Under the pieces are notes generated by a model. It saw only the letters and a program-made list of their open reading frames with translations. It did no database searches and was not told where the DNA came from. A stretch of 64,000 bases of DNA from Balanoglossus misakiensis (Eukaryota > Animalia > Hemichordata). Each line of letters starts with the position of its first letter. Within the stretch, counting starts at the first letter, position 1. A program made the position numbers and the translations under genes. This document shows, one piece after another, positions 22,945 through 35,192 of this stretch. The stretch covers positions 4,921,708 to 4,985,707 of the forward strand of contig CM082585.2 of the NCBI GenBank assembly GCA_040954595.2, written 5' to 3'.

Positions 22945-23098
22945 CCTGTTGGGGATGTAAACTGTTGACTGACTTTAAGATGAAGCGTTGAACCATAGGA
23001 ATTTAACTGTATGAACTCTTAATGCACTTTTATGCCACAGTGGCAATGACAATGACATTATGTTATCGTTAGACTCAAACATACGAGTAGTTTGGTCT

Positions 23099-23110
23099 AG
23101 GGAGGGGGTA
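23099..23110 (+). promoter_or_regulatory. Polypurine tract of outer Gypsy
   Basis: AGGGAGGGGGTA abutting the 3' LTR. Confidence 0.9.
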
Positions 23111-23703
23111 TGTGATGGAAATTCTCCATGTTGTCATTCTCATTTGCCTGACGTTATTACCAGTGCCATAGATTGTTCTGCCTTCGTATACAGATAACTG
23201 GCGGCGTTCTTTATAACGCGAGTTTATGCATGCTTGTTCAGAAAAGAGTACTTCACTTCGATTGTTCTAGTGTTGTGTTCGTTTGACCAAATACAGTTTG
23301 TTGCCTTTCCCTATAAAATGACAGGGACACGCCTTCCCGTCGACTTTCGGCCAATGGCAGTGGGAGGCTCATGTCACCTGACCTGTCAAGGGATGCGTCG
23401 TTTTTTTACTCGTGCTTAGGAGAAGTTGTGAGATTGGAGCTGTAACCTGCTGAGGTCGGACGTTTTTGTCGACCGTCTTAGTAATACATTGAGTTTCTTT
23501 TATTGCTGCTATTTGTGTTGTGCGTTATTACTTCGCCCTTTCTGGGAGACCCATTGTATCAAGGTTGAGCTGGGCCCGCGATTGGCGTACGCTACCGAGA
23601 CAACTATTTTGGTGTGTGGACCTCACCAGTCTATCCGCGTGGATTCGAACCGTGACGGGCGTTTGTTGCGGACCCGCGTAGCTAGAAATATAATTCCGCG
23701 ACA
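23111..23703 (+). repeat. 3' LTR of outer Gypsy element
   Basis: Matches 12070-12662. Confidence 0.97.
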
Positions 23704-24294
23704 ATACTTTCAATTTTGCTGAACGTACATCCTTAATAGAGATTGTTGTGAATATATATTTCTTGTTATTAGTGGATAATTATGCGGTAGTATTAATGGA
23801 CAACGTCCTTATACAATCCTCAAATGAATATCTAATGAAGATGCAAAATAAGCGTTAGTTTTAATAAATGCCTTATAGCCATGACATTATTCTACAGAAC
23901 TGCATATGTTGTTAAAGGGACGAAGTCTCTCTCTCTCGCTGCCCTTTTTCCACTAATTCCAACTAATTATTCTAACCAACAGTCTGGGAGTCAGTGATCT
24001 CATTCTAACGGGAAATTAAACAGTAAATAAATAAGGTCAGCTCATATATATTCAATTGAACTAAACAAATGTACAAACACAAATCTGATTCGTCCTCAGT
24101 GCATTTTCCCGTTGAATGGTAATGTTATTTATCTATAAGAAAACAGAAATACATTGTAGGTGGCGCTGTGCACTTGTGAATATTGTATGTCTGAAGCTGT
24201 ATTGTAAAGATTACAAGACAACTGTCCTTTGTATGACCTTGGTATGTCAGTTTATCGCACTTTAAAGTAATGATCAAAGTTCTCGGTCTGCACA
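23704..24294 (+). repeat. 908-bp direct duplication, copy 2, right part
   Basis: Matches 9668-10258. Confidence 0.95.
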
Positions 24295-24611
24295 AATTTG
24301 TGGACGTCGCTCCCGTATTAGCATATGTTGCCATAGCAACACAAACAACATTGGGAAGCACTTTTACAGTGATGTAATCTGCATAATCAGATTTTCCGAG
24401 CCATTGGTCCAGACATTCCATTAAAACGATGCTGCTTAATTTTAGAGTGATTTCAGCGTGTACCGTTATTCATGACAAACACCGTAACTAAACAAATGAT
24501 TAGTATTCCAAGAATCTGCAACGTGCAGTCTACGTGATGTTTTAGGGTTTGAAATTTGCCGCTAAATCATTTCTTTTCCATGTTATTTGTATTTTAAACC
24601 CATATTGATGG

Positions 24612-24746
24612 GCGGACGGACGGACGGATGCATTGATAGTTTGAAATTTGCCACTAAATACTTCATTTTCCATGATGCATGTATTAAGCTCTTATTGGTG
24701 GACGGACGGACGGACAGACGGACGGACGGACGGATGGATGGACGGA
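24612..24746. repeat. (GGAC/GGAT)n tetranucleotide repeats within a short local duplication
   Basis: Directly visible. TTTGAAATTTGCC.CTAAAT recurs at about 24548 and 24640. Confidence 0.8.
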
Positions 24747-25837
24747 TGTCATCGCAGAATACTACCAGAAGTCTGCATCCGTCATTGACAGACAACTGAC
24801 AAAAAAATGTCTGGTTGATTATTGGAAAACATCTTTTTCGTTGTCGTCTTCTATTATCCTTTAAGCTGTAATGGCGCTTTTTATCATTCATGAATACAAA
24901 CCAATCGCGCCAAGGCGGTCATTTATCCGTGTTTGAAAAGCGAGTTAAATTCGTCATTTACAGCTGTTGCACACGCATCAACTCAAATATCGGATATTTA
25001 CCAATTGATCACATCATGTGTCAATCAACTTGTGATCAAAAATATCTCACGTTCTTTAAGCCACACGATTTTGACACTTCTCAACTCAGATCACGAGGGG
25101 CTTCCTTTGTTTTGATGCGACAAGCAGAGGGAAAGGAAATTGGGCCAAGATCGAAAAAGCATCGATGCGGAAACGTATTCAGAGAAAAGCAAGTGAATTC
25201 ATTCGGGCGAGCGCTAAATGTGTATAGTCACTGGTCGTCTTAAAACCGTGGGGCTGTCTTGTCACTCAGACGTGTTTAAACTTGAACCTGGACAGTATGA
25301 CAGAATTGAGACCGCGAAATGACAAGGCAGACGGCAGCATCTACGAGCACTAATTATCAAAAGCTCTTTTGTTACAATTGTAGAAATAAGCTCTCAACTG
25401 AGCAAGTCGAACCATAATGATTTATTCCGCTTCTGTAATCAGACCCGTGAAATCAGGCGGAATATTTTAAAGACTTGGTATTCTCATGCACTATTTAAAT
25501 TTTGAATATTAAATACAATCAAATTTTATACCTCGAATATGTGATCGAATACAAATGTTCACCGAATTGGGCATGTGATACTTTTATTGTACAAGATTTC
25601 GTGTTTTTCGCATTCACGTTCACTTCATTATATAGATTATTTTTGATTTTCATGACACAATTTACCATCAAATATCAGTGTAGAAAAGTCTGTCCTGAAA
25701 ATTTATTTTTTGTTTTCTTATGTTTGATTATTCAGATATTTTACATGTATTATATTAGTATGATATCATAGTGGTCGAACGAATATTATTTTACACATAT
25801 TACGAATTACTTATTTAATATGTCAACAAATAAGAGT

Positions 25838-28737
25838 GGAAATTGGACATAATGATCATAACTGAGACCTGGCTGAAGAGTCAGTTTGATCCTGTCATTG
25901 CTGAACTCCATTCTACAATCAGTGGGTACAATTTTTACCATCAGTCCCGCTCTCAGCGACGAGGGGGAGGGGTAGCTGTTTTGGCTCGTTCTAACCTAAG
26001 ACTTGTGGAAAAAGGATCAACGCCGTTCCAGTCCTTCGAATCGTTACACGTAACATTTAAATCCTCAAGTCAGACTCTCCGCATAATCGCCGTCTACCGT
26101 CCACCAAAATCGACAAAAAATAAGGCGACCACAAACGACTTCATCTCTGATTTTTCCACTCTTATGGAAACAGCCGTACCTTCCTCGGGCCATCTCTTAG
26201 TTGCTGGAGATTTTAATTTTCCAGTCGAGAACATGAGTTCTCCGGACACAAGTAAGTTGGTCGACCTTCTTCAATCCTTTGGCCTACAACAGCACGTTAA
26301 GATACCAACACACAGCAAAGGCCACACATTGGATCTACTTATAACACGTTCATCAGAGCACCTGCTTCACTCAATCAGATCCGACGACTCGCTAAACTCT
26401 GATCATAGTATTTTATATTTTGGACTTAATGTTCAGCGATCGCCCAACACCAAGATAACAATTACACAACGTGACTTTCGTACAATGAACACTGATAAGC
26501 TGGTCGATATACTCTCATCCGAAATGCCCAATCTTCCCAGCATTACCAACCCAGACGATTTGTACCATTATTTCCATGGAGTTGTTACCGACGCCCTTGA
26601 TGAGGTCGCCCCCGTCAAAAGCAAATCAGTCTTAAATAAAGTGCGTGCACCATGGTTCTCTGAGGATTTACTAACTATGAGAAAAGAGTTACGTCGACTG
26701 GAAATAAATTGGCGTAAATCAAATTTGGAAATCGATCGCCAAATGTTCATTTTTAAGCGCATGGAATATTCACGCCGATGTGACGCATTAAAAACAGACT
26801 ATCACCGGATTAGAATTGAAGACGCAGATAACAAGAAATTGTTTGCGATTGTTGCAGAACTGTCCGAGTCGAGAAAAGCATTATCCAACTCCATTCCGAA
26901 CAACGTACCAACAAAAGAAATTCCATCAGCCTTCATGAATTATTTTGAAAACAAGGTGTGGCAACTCCGTGACAGGATTGGTCCACAACCGCACAGCTGT
27001 GAGGCTGACATAACACCGACTCATACTTTCGCGGAATTTGACCCAGTGTCACCTGGGGATATAATTGCGTTAGTGAAACAATCACCACCGAAATCTTGTG
27101 AACTCGACATTCTACCATATGGAGTGTTGAAGAATTGCGTACACATCTTAGCACCTTTCCTTGCTGATCTTTTCAACAATTCGCTCACAGCTGGCATCGT
27201 GCCGAGTCATTTCAAGTCAGCGATAATTCGTCCATTGTTAAAGAAAGTTGATCTGGATCAGAACATTCTGAAGAACTACAGACCGGTTTCAAACCTTCCG
27301 TTCTTGTCAAAACTCCTCGAGCGTGTAGTCGTTCAGCAACTGAACAGTCACCTCACTAAATTTAGTCTTTTCACAAAGTTTCAAAGTGCTTACCGTGCTA
27401 ATCATAGCACGGAAACTGCTCTCTTGCGTGTCCACAATGACATCATGCTTGCCTTGAATAACAAACAGGATGTAATTCTTATCATGTTAGATTTATCAGC
27501 GGCGTTTGACACTATCGATCATGAAATAATGCTACAGAGACTACATCATCGTTTTGGAATAACTGGTAACACTTTATCGTGGTTTCGCTCGTACCTCGTT
27601 AATCGCCAACAGTGCGTCAAGGTTGGATCTGCATCATCCCCAAGTTCTCGCATGAAATATGGCGTTCCACAAGGATCTGTTCTAGGACCTCTCATGTTTA
27701 CACTCTACACTGCACCTCTGGAAGACATCTTCGGAAAACACGGGATTGATTGCATGATATACGCGGACGATACGCAAATTTATGCCATCTGCAACAGCCC
27801 TAACGATGTTCGCAATAACATTGAGCTCTGCGTCGATGATATCCGCAGCTGGATGAAATCTAACATGCTTGTACTGAATGATGATAAAACTGAAGTTATT
27901 CACTTTTCATCACGTTTAAAATCTAATGTGACAACATTAGACTGTCTAAGAATCGGACAATGTGACATAATTCCTTCAGTTTCAGTTAAAAATCTCGGCG
28001 TTATTTTAAGTCAGGATGGTAGCATGTCTGATCATATTAGTAAGCTGTGCAAAAATGGTTTCTTCTCTTTGCATAGAATAGCTAAAATTCGTAATCTTCT
28101 TGACAGATCTACAACTGAGAAACTAGTTCATGCATTTGTAACGTCTCATTTAGATTACTGTAATAGTCTTTTGTTTGGTATCCCGAAGGGACATCTAGCT
28201 CGACTTCAGTCTCTACAGAATGCTGCGGCGAGGCTAGTTACTCGTACGCGCAAGTCCGATCATATCACACCCATACTCAAAGATTTACACTGGCTACCGG
28301 TAGAGGCCCGCATCAGTTTTAAAATTCTCTTGCTCACATTCAAATGTATCAGTGGTAAGGCACCCGCCTATTTGACTGATCTTTTACATTTATATGTACC
28401 AGCTCGAGAACTGCGCTCTAGTGTTCAATTCTTTTTAACTCATCATCATGGTAAATTTAACAAAACCTACGGACAGAGAGCTTTTTCAGTTTGTGCGCCC
28501 ATTTTATGGAACAATTTACCCCTTGATATCAAAACCGCCAGAAGTGTCAATATTTTTAAGCGTAATTTGAAAACATACCTTTTTACTCGGTTTTATGTGT
28601 AACGTGTTCGATTGTGTCCTTTTAACTATTTTTACCAGCCTTGTATTTTTTAATCTACTCTTTTAGCTATGTACAATGCGCTGAGACGTATGTGTAGCGC
28701 ATTTTAAACAATTCTTAATAATAATAATAATAATAAT
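25838..28737 (+). mobile_element. 5'-truncated L2/CR1-group LINE with (AAT)n tail
   Basis: Open ORF2; short 3' UTR with stem-loop AATGCGCT...AGCGCATT (28675-28703); (AAT)n tail at about 28717-28737; apparent 10-bp TSD AAATAAGAGT (25828-25837 and 28738-28747). Confidence 0.93.
25843..28602 (+). CDS. LINE ORF2: apurinic-type endonuclease plus reverse transcriptase (extreme N-terminus missing)
   Basis: ITETWL, RGGGVA, YRPP, GDFN, TLDL, SDH; RPVSNLPFLSKLLE, QSAYR, LDLSAAFDTIDH, GVPQGSVLGP, YADDTQ, LHWLP. Confidence 0.95.
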   Translation: MDIMIITETWLKSQFDPVIAELHSTISGYNFYHQSRSQRRGGGVAVLARSNLRLVEKGSTPFQSFESLHVTFKSSSQTLRIIAVYRPPKSTKNKATTNDFISDFSTLMETAVPSSGHLLVAGDFNFPVENMSSPDTSKLVDLLQSFGLQQHVKIPTHSKGHTLDLLITRSSEHLLHSIRSDDSLNSDHSILYFGLNVQRSPNTKITITQRDFRTMNTDKLVDILSSEMPNLPSITNPDDLYHYFHGVVTDALDEVAPVKSKSVLNKVRAPWFSEDLLTMRKELRRLEINWRKSNLEIDRQMFIFKRMEYSRRCDALKTDYHRIRIEDADNKKLFAIVAELSESRKALSNSIPNNVPTKEIPSAFMNYFENKVWQLRDRIGPQPHSCEADITPTHTFAEFDPVSPGDIIALVKQSPPKSCELDILPYGVLKNCVHILAPFLADLFNNSLTAGIVPSHFKSAIIRPLLKKVDLDQNILKNYRPVSNLPFLSKLLERVVVQQLNSHLTKFSLFTKFQSAYRANHSTETALLRVHNDIMLALNNKQDVILIMLDLSAAFDTIDHEIMLQRLHHRFGITGNTLSWFRSYLVNRQQCVKVGSASSPSSRMKYGVPQGSVLGPLMFTLYTAPLEDIFGKHGIDCMIYADDTQIYAICNSPNDVRNNIELCVDDIRSWMKSNMLVLNDDKTEVIHFSSRLKSNVTTLDCLRIGQCDIIPSVSVKNLGVILSQDGSMSDHISKLCKNGFFSLHRIAKIRNLLDRSTTEKLVHAFVTSHLDYCNSLLFGIPKGHLARLQSLQNAAARLVTRTRKSDHITPILKDLHWLPVEARISFKILLLTFKCISGKAPAYLTDLLHLYVPARELRSSVQFFLTHHHGKFNKTYGQRAFSVCAPILWNNLPLDIKTARSVNIFKRNLKTYLFTRFYV

Positions 28738-31700
28738 AAATAAGAGTTGACATTTGACACCCGACCTTTCCCATTTTGGCAAATGCAATAAATTATAGAG
28801 TCACTTAGATTTAAATTCACCTGACGAGTTTTCGTGGTCACGTGACTGCTTTGAAAAGTGATCTTCGGGGCTCAGAGAGTCACTGTCAATTTCGACGGTG
28901 TTGCACAATTATCGCGTTTTATGTGAGAAAAACTATAGAAGTCTATTTGCCGGCTGGCAAACTCGGATATATTCAATTATTTGAAAGAAAGATGTCTTTT
29001 TATCATAGATGCATCATACATGTAGATAGTCGAAGTCACGTGCCTGGACTAGCCTTTTCCTAGTTCATGCTTCGAGTCGAGAATTGTAGTTTTAAGGGAT
29101 TCGTATTTCTGCCAAAGGTCACATGTGGAGAATAAAGCGCCATATCCATCATTTTTTCTGCTGTGGTCGTGAAAATAACTTGTGTGTGCTGGCCAACAGA
29201 GAAAAAAGGCAAAAAGGAGACAGTTTGGCTTATCTGCCAGTGTAGTTTACAGTCCCTGACTGACACCGTCTTGCGCTCCTTTCCTCGAAACTTGTTCCCT
29301 ATTCATATTCAATCGATATTATTTGTAAAAAAAAAGCCATCGTGCTTTGTGTTTATGTCAATATCAGATGACGACGATGGGTGACAGACTACGCCATTGA
29401 CCTCGTGCGGTCTGTGATCACGTGTCTCATCTGGAGGAAGTTCATGTGTGGGGGTTTGAATGAACAGAACACAAAAAAGGCGTTCAATTGCACTGCGTGT
29501 TGCTTTCAAGCCCAATACTCCCCCTCCCCCATCAAATTTCGTTTTTAATCATATAAAACAGTAGAGCACCAAAAGCACAAAAAATCGTCCATGTGTGCAC
29601 AGAGCTTATAGCCAGCTTATGTGAATTGAGTGTGGAAAACCGCCGGGGAGTACTGATTGAGCTTACACCCCAGGGGTACTCCCATTCAAAGGTGTACCGC
29701 TATGTGGCGTCCGGATGTGCCATTTTTTTCACTAAAGAAATCGACAAACATGGATCTATTTTTTATTTAAAAAAAGAGACGGATAGATAACTTAGGAACT
29801 GTCATAAAGGTTTGAAAAATATCCGCATGCAACAGGACAACAGTAAATAACCTGGAAGATATCACAAATTTTGTCTGTGGGTAACTTTTTGGTTCTTGAT
29901 GTTTTGAACTAGGCCCACACACCCCGTGTGAAAGTACCTTTGGGCTTATATTACTTTTAAAATGTGTATAGTTCCACGTCGAGTGCATTGTTCGGTTATA
30001 CAGCAGTGTGGGTGTATAATAATACAAGTGATAACTATACAAACTATGACACGAATCCATATTTCAATTTCATATCGATATTACTGATCTGTGCATGTAT
30101 ATGCGAGGCTGTTCTTTTTCTTGCAAGTGACAAATCAAATATTGACAAATCATATCAATCACTGCATGGTAAATGTTTTATGGAATAGGTCTAATGAAGA
30201 ACAAGCTGCTAAAACATTTACATCGTTGTTTTCATGATTTGAAAATAGCAGGATACAAGGCCGGTTGGTTGACCAGGACGACAGAGGTCATGTACGAATT
30301 TGAGAAATTGATATGTTTATTGGTCGACGTGACACATTTTGTGATTACCACACTTAGACACTGTCTTTCTATTTGCCAGGACATTTTTGTCAACTTATGC
30401 AAGAGTAGCACACATCAAATGTTAGTAAACCACGCAGAACACTACACACGTACATGTATTTTCAGATTCAGATTCATATACGGAATACCATATTATCTCC
30501 GTAGACAAATTAACATTTGGTTCTTAACACACAAAACACACAGTGCAACACAAAGGTAATAAGATCAAAACATAGGAACTACTGTGACATGTATGTAACC
30601 ATTTCAACTCCTTTCCCTGCGCAAAGGTCCGGCAATTCAACTGAAAACAGTGGAGTTGGACCATGGGTTCAAATCTTCTCCCTATCATTTAGAATCATCA
30701 ATATTAAAAACTATTACTTGTATTTGCATAAGTGTGTCATCTCTTAGCGATGCATTCCACGATAGTTGTGTACTCTTTGTTTGGAGGCTGATTAAACAGG
30801 CGAGGCACCTATTCAATATAACAACATTTTCAAATTGCAACATACCGCCACAATCGGGCATCGATAAGATGTTCATAATTGTATACCTATCAGGGGCTTA
30901 CTTAGATAGACCGATCTTAAAGAAGTTGGGAAGTAAAATCATGAAAATAACGCGAAAAGGTGGCAGCTCTCGGGGTTTTAATTGACAGCGTCACAAGAAC
31001 TGTACTTGAACCATGCGTGGCTGACGTCATATGTCCATTATATATTTTAAAGGTCACTGCGATATGATTATGCAACGTTCATTTATAAATGCATACTGTG
31101 ACAATGACTGAATAGCAGATACAGAATCAATTAGGGGTCTAGGAATACTGTCACCGTCTTCTGTAATCGGCGTTAGTCTTAAAAACGGGAACTTTGGTCA
31201 TCGTAGATTTCTCAGACTCATGCGTCAGTCATACCAAGTGGCTTCAAATCATTTGTCGACACAATGCTAGCTAAAATCCCAATCGTCGCATCTTGCAAAT
31301 GTCCAAGTCCATGTTTTCTCTGTCATGTCGATATATCAAATTTTAAGATTAGCAATACTATTTCAAACTATCGAACACTGCGGTAAATTGAAAACGCAAC
31401 CCATGGCTATATGTGCTATGATACACCCATAGTGTGGTCATTGACAGTCTACTGTTTATATAAAAAGACCATCACAAGCGCGTACCCGTAAAATTCAGAT
31501 GTAACGGATCTAGAATCAAAAACGGCTCAATTAACATACAATATTTGCATCCAGAGACAACGGCAGAGTTTAATTTAGTGGAGAGGCCACTGTACAGACT
31601 ACGCTAGACACCAGAACTAACAACTTTTAACGGTTACCTATGAAACACACGCGTACATATACCAGCGTCGTCGCTGGGACGAAAACATCGCTCTTAAATA

Positions 31701-32260
31701 ATCGGTGGACGCGTGAATGAACGGATGTTAATTAAGGAACATTATACAACATGCTGCACCACTTCCTTAAACGTTCTGTTGTATTTAAGTTTTTGCACTA
31801 CTAAAATAGGACAATCTTACCTTGGCATATGAAAACGTGCTCCAGTCAAACTGAATATTTCCAACTCACCATGGTTACAAAGCTGGGATAGGCATCGGTG
31901 TCGTCGCTCTGTACGATGGCTGTAGTTGATAACATATAGCCGATGGTGTTTTTTCAGGGACCGACCTTAATTTTCCTACGTTGAGGCGATTTAAAGTATC
32001 AGAAAATGTGTCGTGAACGTGAATTGAAAATGGTTCTGATATTTTTTATGTATGAATCAAGGTAAGATGGCCAACACAGAACAAGGGTGTGTGTCGCGAT
32101 TGACGTTTGTTTATTTCAGCTAGAGGCAGACGTCGCTTCTCGTCAATATGCAGTCACGCATGAAGTGAGACGAGAGCATTTCCATCAGAGCGTATATGAT
32201 GGGACAGTGTTCACACCTTTCGCGTGACGATCCGCGCACTAGACGTTCAGGCCGTGCTAA

Positions 32261-32467
32261 GGGACTGGTCAGTTTCTTCGACCTGGGGGCGAAGGATTCA
32301 TGGGGGAGGTCACCCTGTTTTGGAATTGGGTGATCGGCGGGGGGGGGGGGGTCACTGGGGTGTCACCCACTTTTCCATGTTCAATGAGAGAAGGGGGGGG
32401 GTCAGTCAATTTTTGATATCCACAAAATAGAATCCCCCCCCCCCCGACGGGTAACTGGACCAGTCCC
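32261..32467. mobile_element. 207-bp Tourist/PIF-Harbinger-like MITE
   Basis: TIR GGGACTGGTC...GACCAGTCCC; TAA on both sides (32258-32260 and 32468-32470). Confidence 0.8.
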
Positions 32468-33924
32468 TAAACACAATTCTCGCCGATTAACAGTTCGTCG
32501 GTTAGCATAACTCTCATGCGTGTGTCTTTGAACAATTTACAAAATCCAATTTAAGGCAATTTAATGTCATTTAAGGTGTAGAAGACGGATAAAATCGTCG
32601 CGGTGCCCGATAAGATACGAGCATTGAGCACCAGTGGCGGGTTGATTCTCGTGGGGGAAACATTTGGCTATCACCGTACTATCATGTCTCCCTAGGGTCC
32701 CGGGAATTTCCAGGGTTGTTAATCAGGGTAGGCTGAGTTACAGACTGAAATACTTTATTCAATAGCACATAATAATTCCAGGAAGAATTATAAAGGTTAC
32801 ATAACAGTTGAGGTAACATCGCTGTATAGGCCTAGATTTTCAGAGTCAGGCGACTTTATTGCAAATACAGGCTGGGGCTATAGCTACATGGCGTGCCGGC
32901 CTATAGCCCCGAGACTGACCGTAAATGACGTCACGTCCCTGCTCTTGATGTCGCACAGCAAGGTTAAGATTAAAGTCAAAGAGTTGTCATGTCTTGAAAA
33001 AGTATGGTGCTGAGATGAAAAGTTCGGTCGTCTGCATTTGTGGGTTGTTTGAACGTTGTGCACAGAGTGATGCTGAACACCATAAGCGCGATTAAAAAGG
33101 TCCGCTACGCCCGAGGTCGACAGGTCTGTAGCTCTCGGTTTTACGGTGCTGATTATGTCGTGTGCACCACAGACGTAAAAGAGATGCTTGTACAATGACT
33201 GTTCTCAGTTGACGAGTTTCGATATCGTGCCACCGGGCTGACAGTGACACGGTCCGCGCTGTGTACATGCATGTGCGATGATGTGTGTTCCGCGCGGTCG
33301 GGGGTGGAAACCAATGATACTGATCACACTTCGTACGCATATTGATGGGATGATGGCATAAAAGGTCTAATTACATTTGACGAAATCGCGAAACGACGAA
33401 GAGGCGAAATAAAGAAATAAAGTAACCGCAAAAAAAGAGAATAATTCATAGAAAAATAAAGAAATAAAGAATATATAGAGAGAAAGGAAGCCGATAAACG
33501 GCACAACAGACGGTCGATTCGATATTTTACTTTCGCCATGGCTTAGTCCCCTTATACAGCGCCCCCAAGTGGCGAAGGGACTGGAAAGAAGATCCAGGAG
33601 GGGGGTAGGGAGGGAGGGAGGGAGGGAGGGGGGCTTGAGAGGAGACGGGTATGCTCATACATGTACATAATGAAGCTCGAAATTATGGTAGTAGTGAAAA
33701 TATTGAATAGGTAATCTCCAGACAACATGAAATTTCATGATTCATCAAAAAAGGCTTGGGCGAAAATGGCGACCCAGTCCAAAAAAACAATGGCCCCACC
33801 TCTTTATAATTTTTTGTCCGGACCCTATTTTCTTCGTTTCGCGATTTCGTCCATGGATTTTTTTCAAAATAAGGCAAATCCTCTCATACTTTCACATAAA
33901 TCTCATAAATAATCTACCAAGGCA

Positions 33925-34020
33925 ACATGATGATGGCAGAATTACACTGAGCATTTTTCTTGGTTTTCCTAATACTTTCGACATCATAGATCATGAAATT
34001 CTCCTCCCAAATCTAGCCCA
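33925..34020 (+). pseudogene. Degraded LINE RT scrap
   Basis: DDGRITLSIFLGFPNTFDIIDHEILLPNL resembles the RT motif IFLDxSKAFDTIDHxILLxKL. Confidence 0.6.
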
Positions 34021-34085
34021 GCATCCCTGATCAAACGGAAATCTGTCTAATCTTTGTCAAAATCTTTTCCATATTCTCGAATATT
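34021..34085 (-). pseudogene. 65-bp fragment of a Gal-3-O-sulfotransferase paralogue
   Basis: Minus strand AATATTCGAGAATATGGAAAAGATTTTGACAAAGATTAGACAGATTTCCGTTTGATCAGGGATGC aligns without gaps to about 48028-48092 (about 7 mismatches) and carries an in-frame TAG. Confidence 0.85.
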
Positions 34086-35192
34086 GCTGCCACAGCCTAC
34101 CGCATCAAAGTGAAGTCCAGATATCAGCTTTATGGAAATGTATTGTGAGGTTGAAAATAAATAAATCACGAGACGCGAATAGCACGCACCATCACCTCCA
34201 TTGTCACTGAGATGAGAGCTGTTGGTCTTGTACGTGCACGGTGCAGGAGGGATAACTACATGTATGTGTCTCATGTATTTCATTGTGTGATTCATTCGAC
34301 TGTCGCAGACATTCATTTTCATTTTGACTGCTAAAATGGGGTCAGGGTGGACTCGCTATTGGGCATCCCAACATACCCCAAAAAGACAACATACACTAGT
34401 ACAAGATGCTGTATATCCTGTCCACTAGAGGTCCTCGATATTTAACTTTCAGATAAAAAGAACCTTCCAGCTTGATTTCAATGACCACCGTTATGTATAA
34501 CACTCATTACTGACATTTTAGTTAGACGTGTTTTTACCATTTCTTAAACGACAGTGACAACAAGACATACATGTATTATCTAAGACAAGATCCTGTTTGC
34601 CAAGACTTGAACAATAGAATGTCACACTCCCGAGGACATGGGTTCAAAACGACACAAGACTAGGGGATATCAAGGCCTGTGTCGACGACACCGTGTTTCC
34701 GTTTCGTTTGCTGGTGTATAGATCAAAAGGAAAACTATCTGTCGTCAACAAGTCCAGACACACAAAGGAGCTGCCACGCGCATTGATATCATAATCATCA
34801 CACCCACATTGAGTCGTTATGCGGAAAATGGCTACATTGTATGGTGTACATGTGGAGCTAATTAACCGCCCAGGGCGTTAATCGACAGAAAAGTTATCTA
34901 CCATTTAAAATGCAAAAGGATATTTTAGTTGACACTCATTGAAATCATTGAAATGATGATAAATAAAGGGTACAGTGTTGTGAAACACTTTTCTTGAACG
35001 TGTTTTTCTTTTCCAACAGTTTCCCACTGCCGACGTTTGACGATTTCACTTGCACCTACAGCCGACAGAGTCGGGTTACTTTGGCGACGTACTCTGAATA
35101 ACCTTCCCCGCCCATAAATTTGCGGCTATCGACGTGAATATTATGATGGTCAAACCCTTACAAGGAGAGGTAAAATCTTGCATGTGCGTTTG

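Larger units (their letters stand above)
12070..23703 (+). mobile_element. Full-length Ty3/Gypsy LTR retrotransposon carrying a nested insertion
   Basis: 593-bp TG...CA LTRs at both ends; 4-bp TSD ATAC (12066-12069 and 23704-23707); PBS and PPT present; gag plus pol in PR-RT-RH-IN order. Confidence 0.98.

Noticed and set aside
30655-34650. GGGTTCAAA B-box-like motifs at about 30666 and 34640 (possible SINE or tRNA)
   Set aside because: No convincing A box, cloverleaf or tail.
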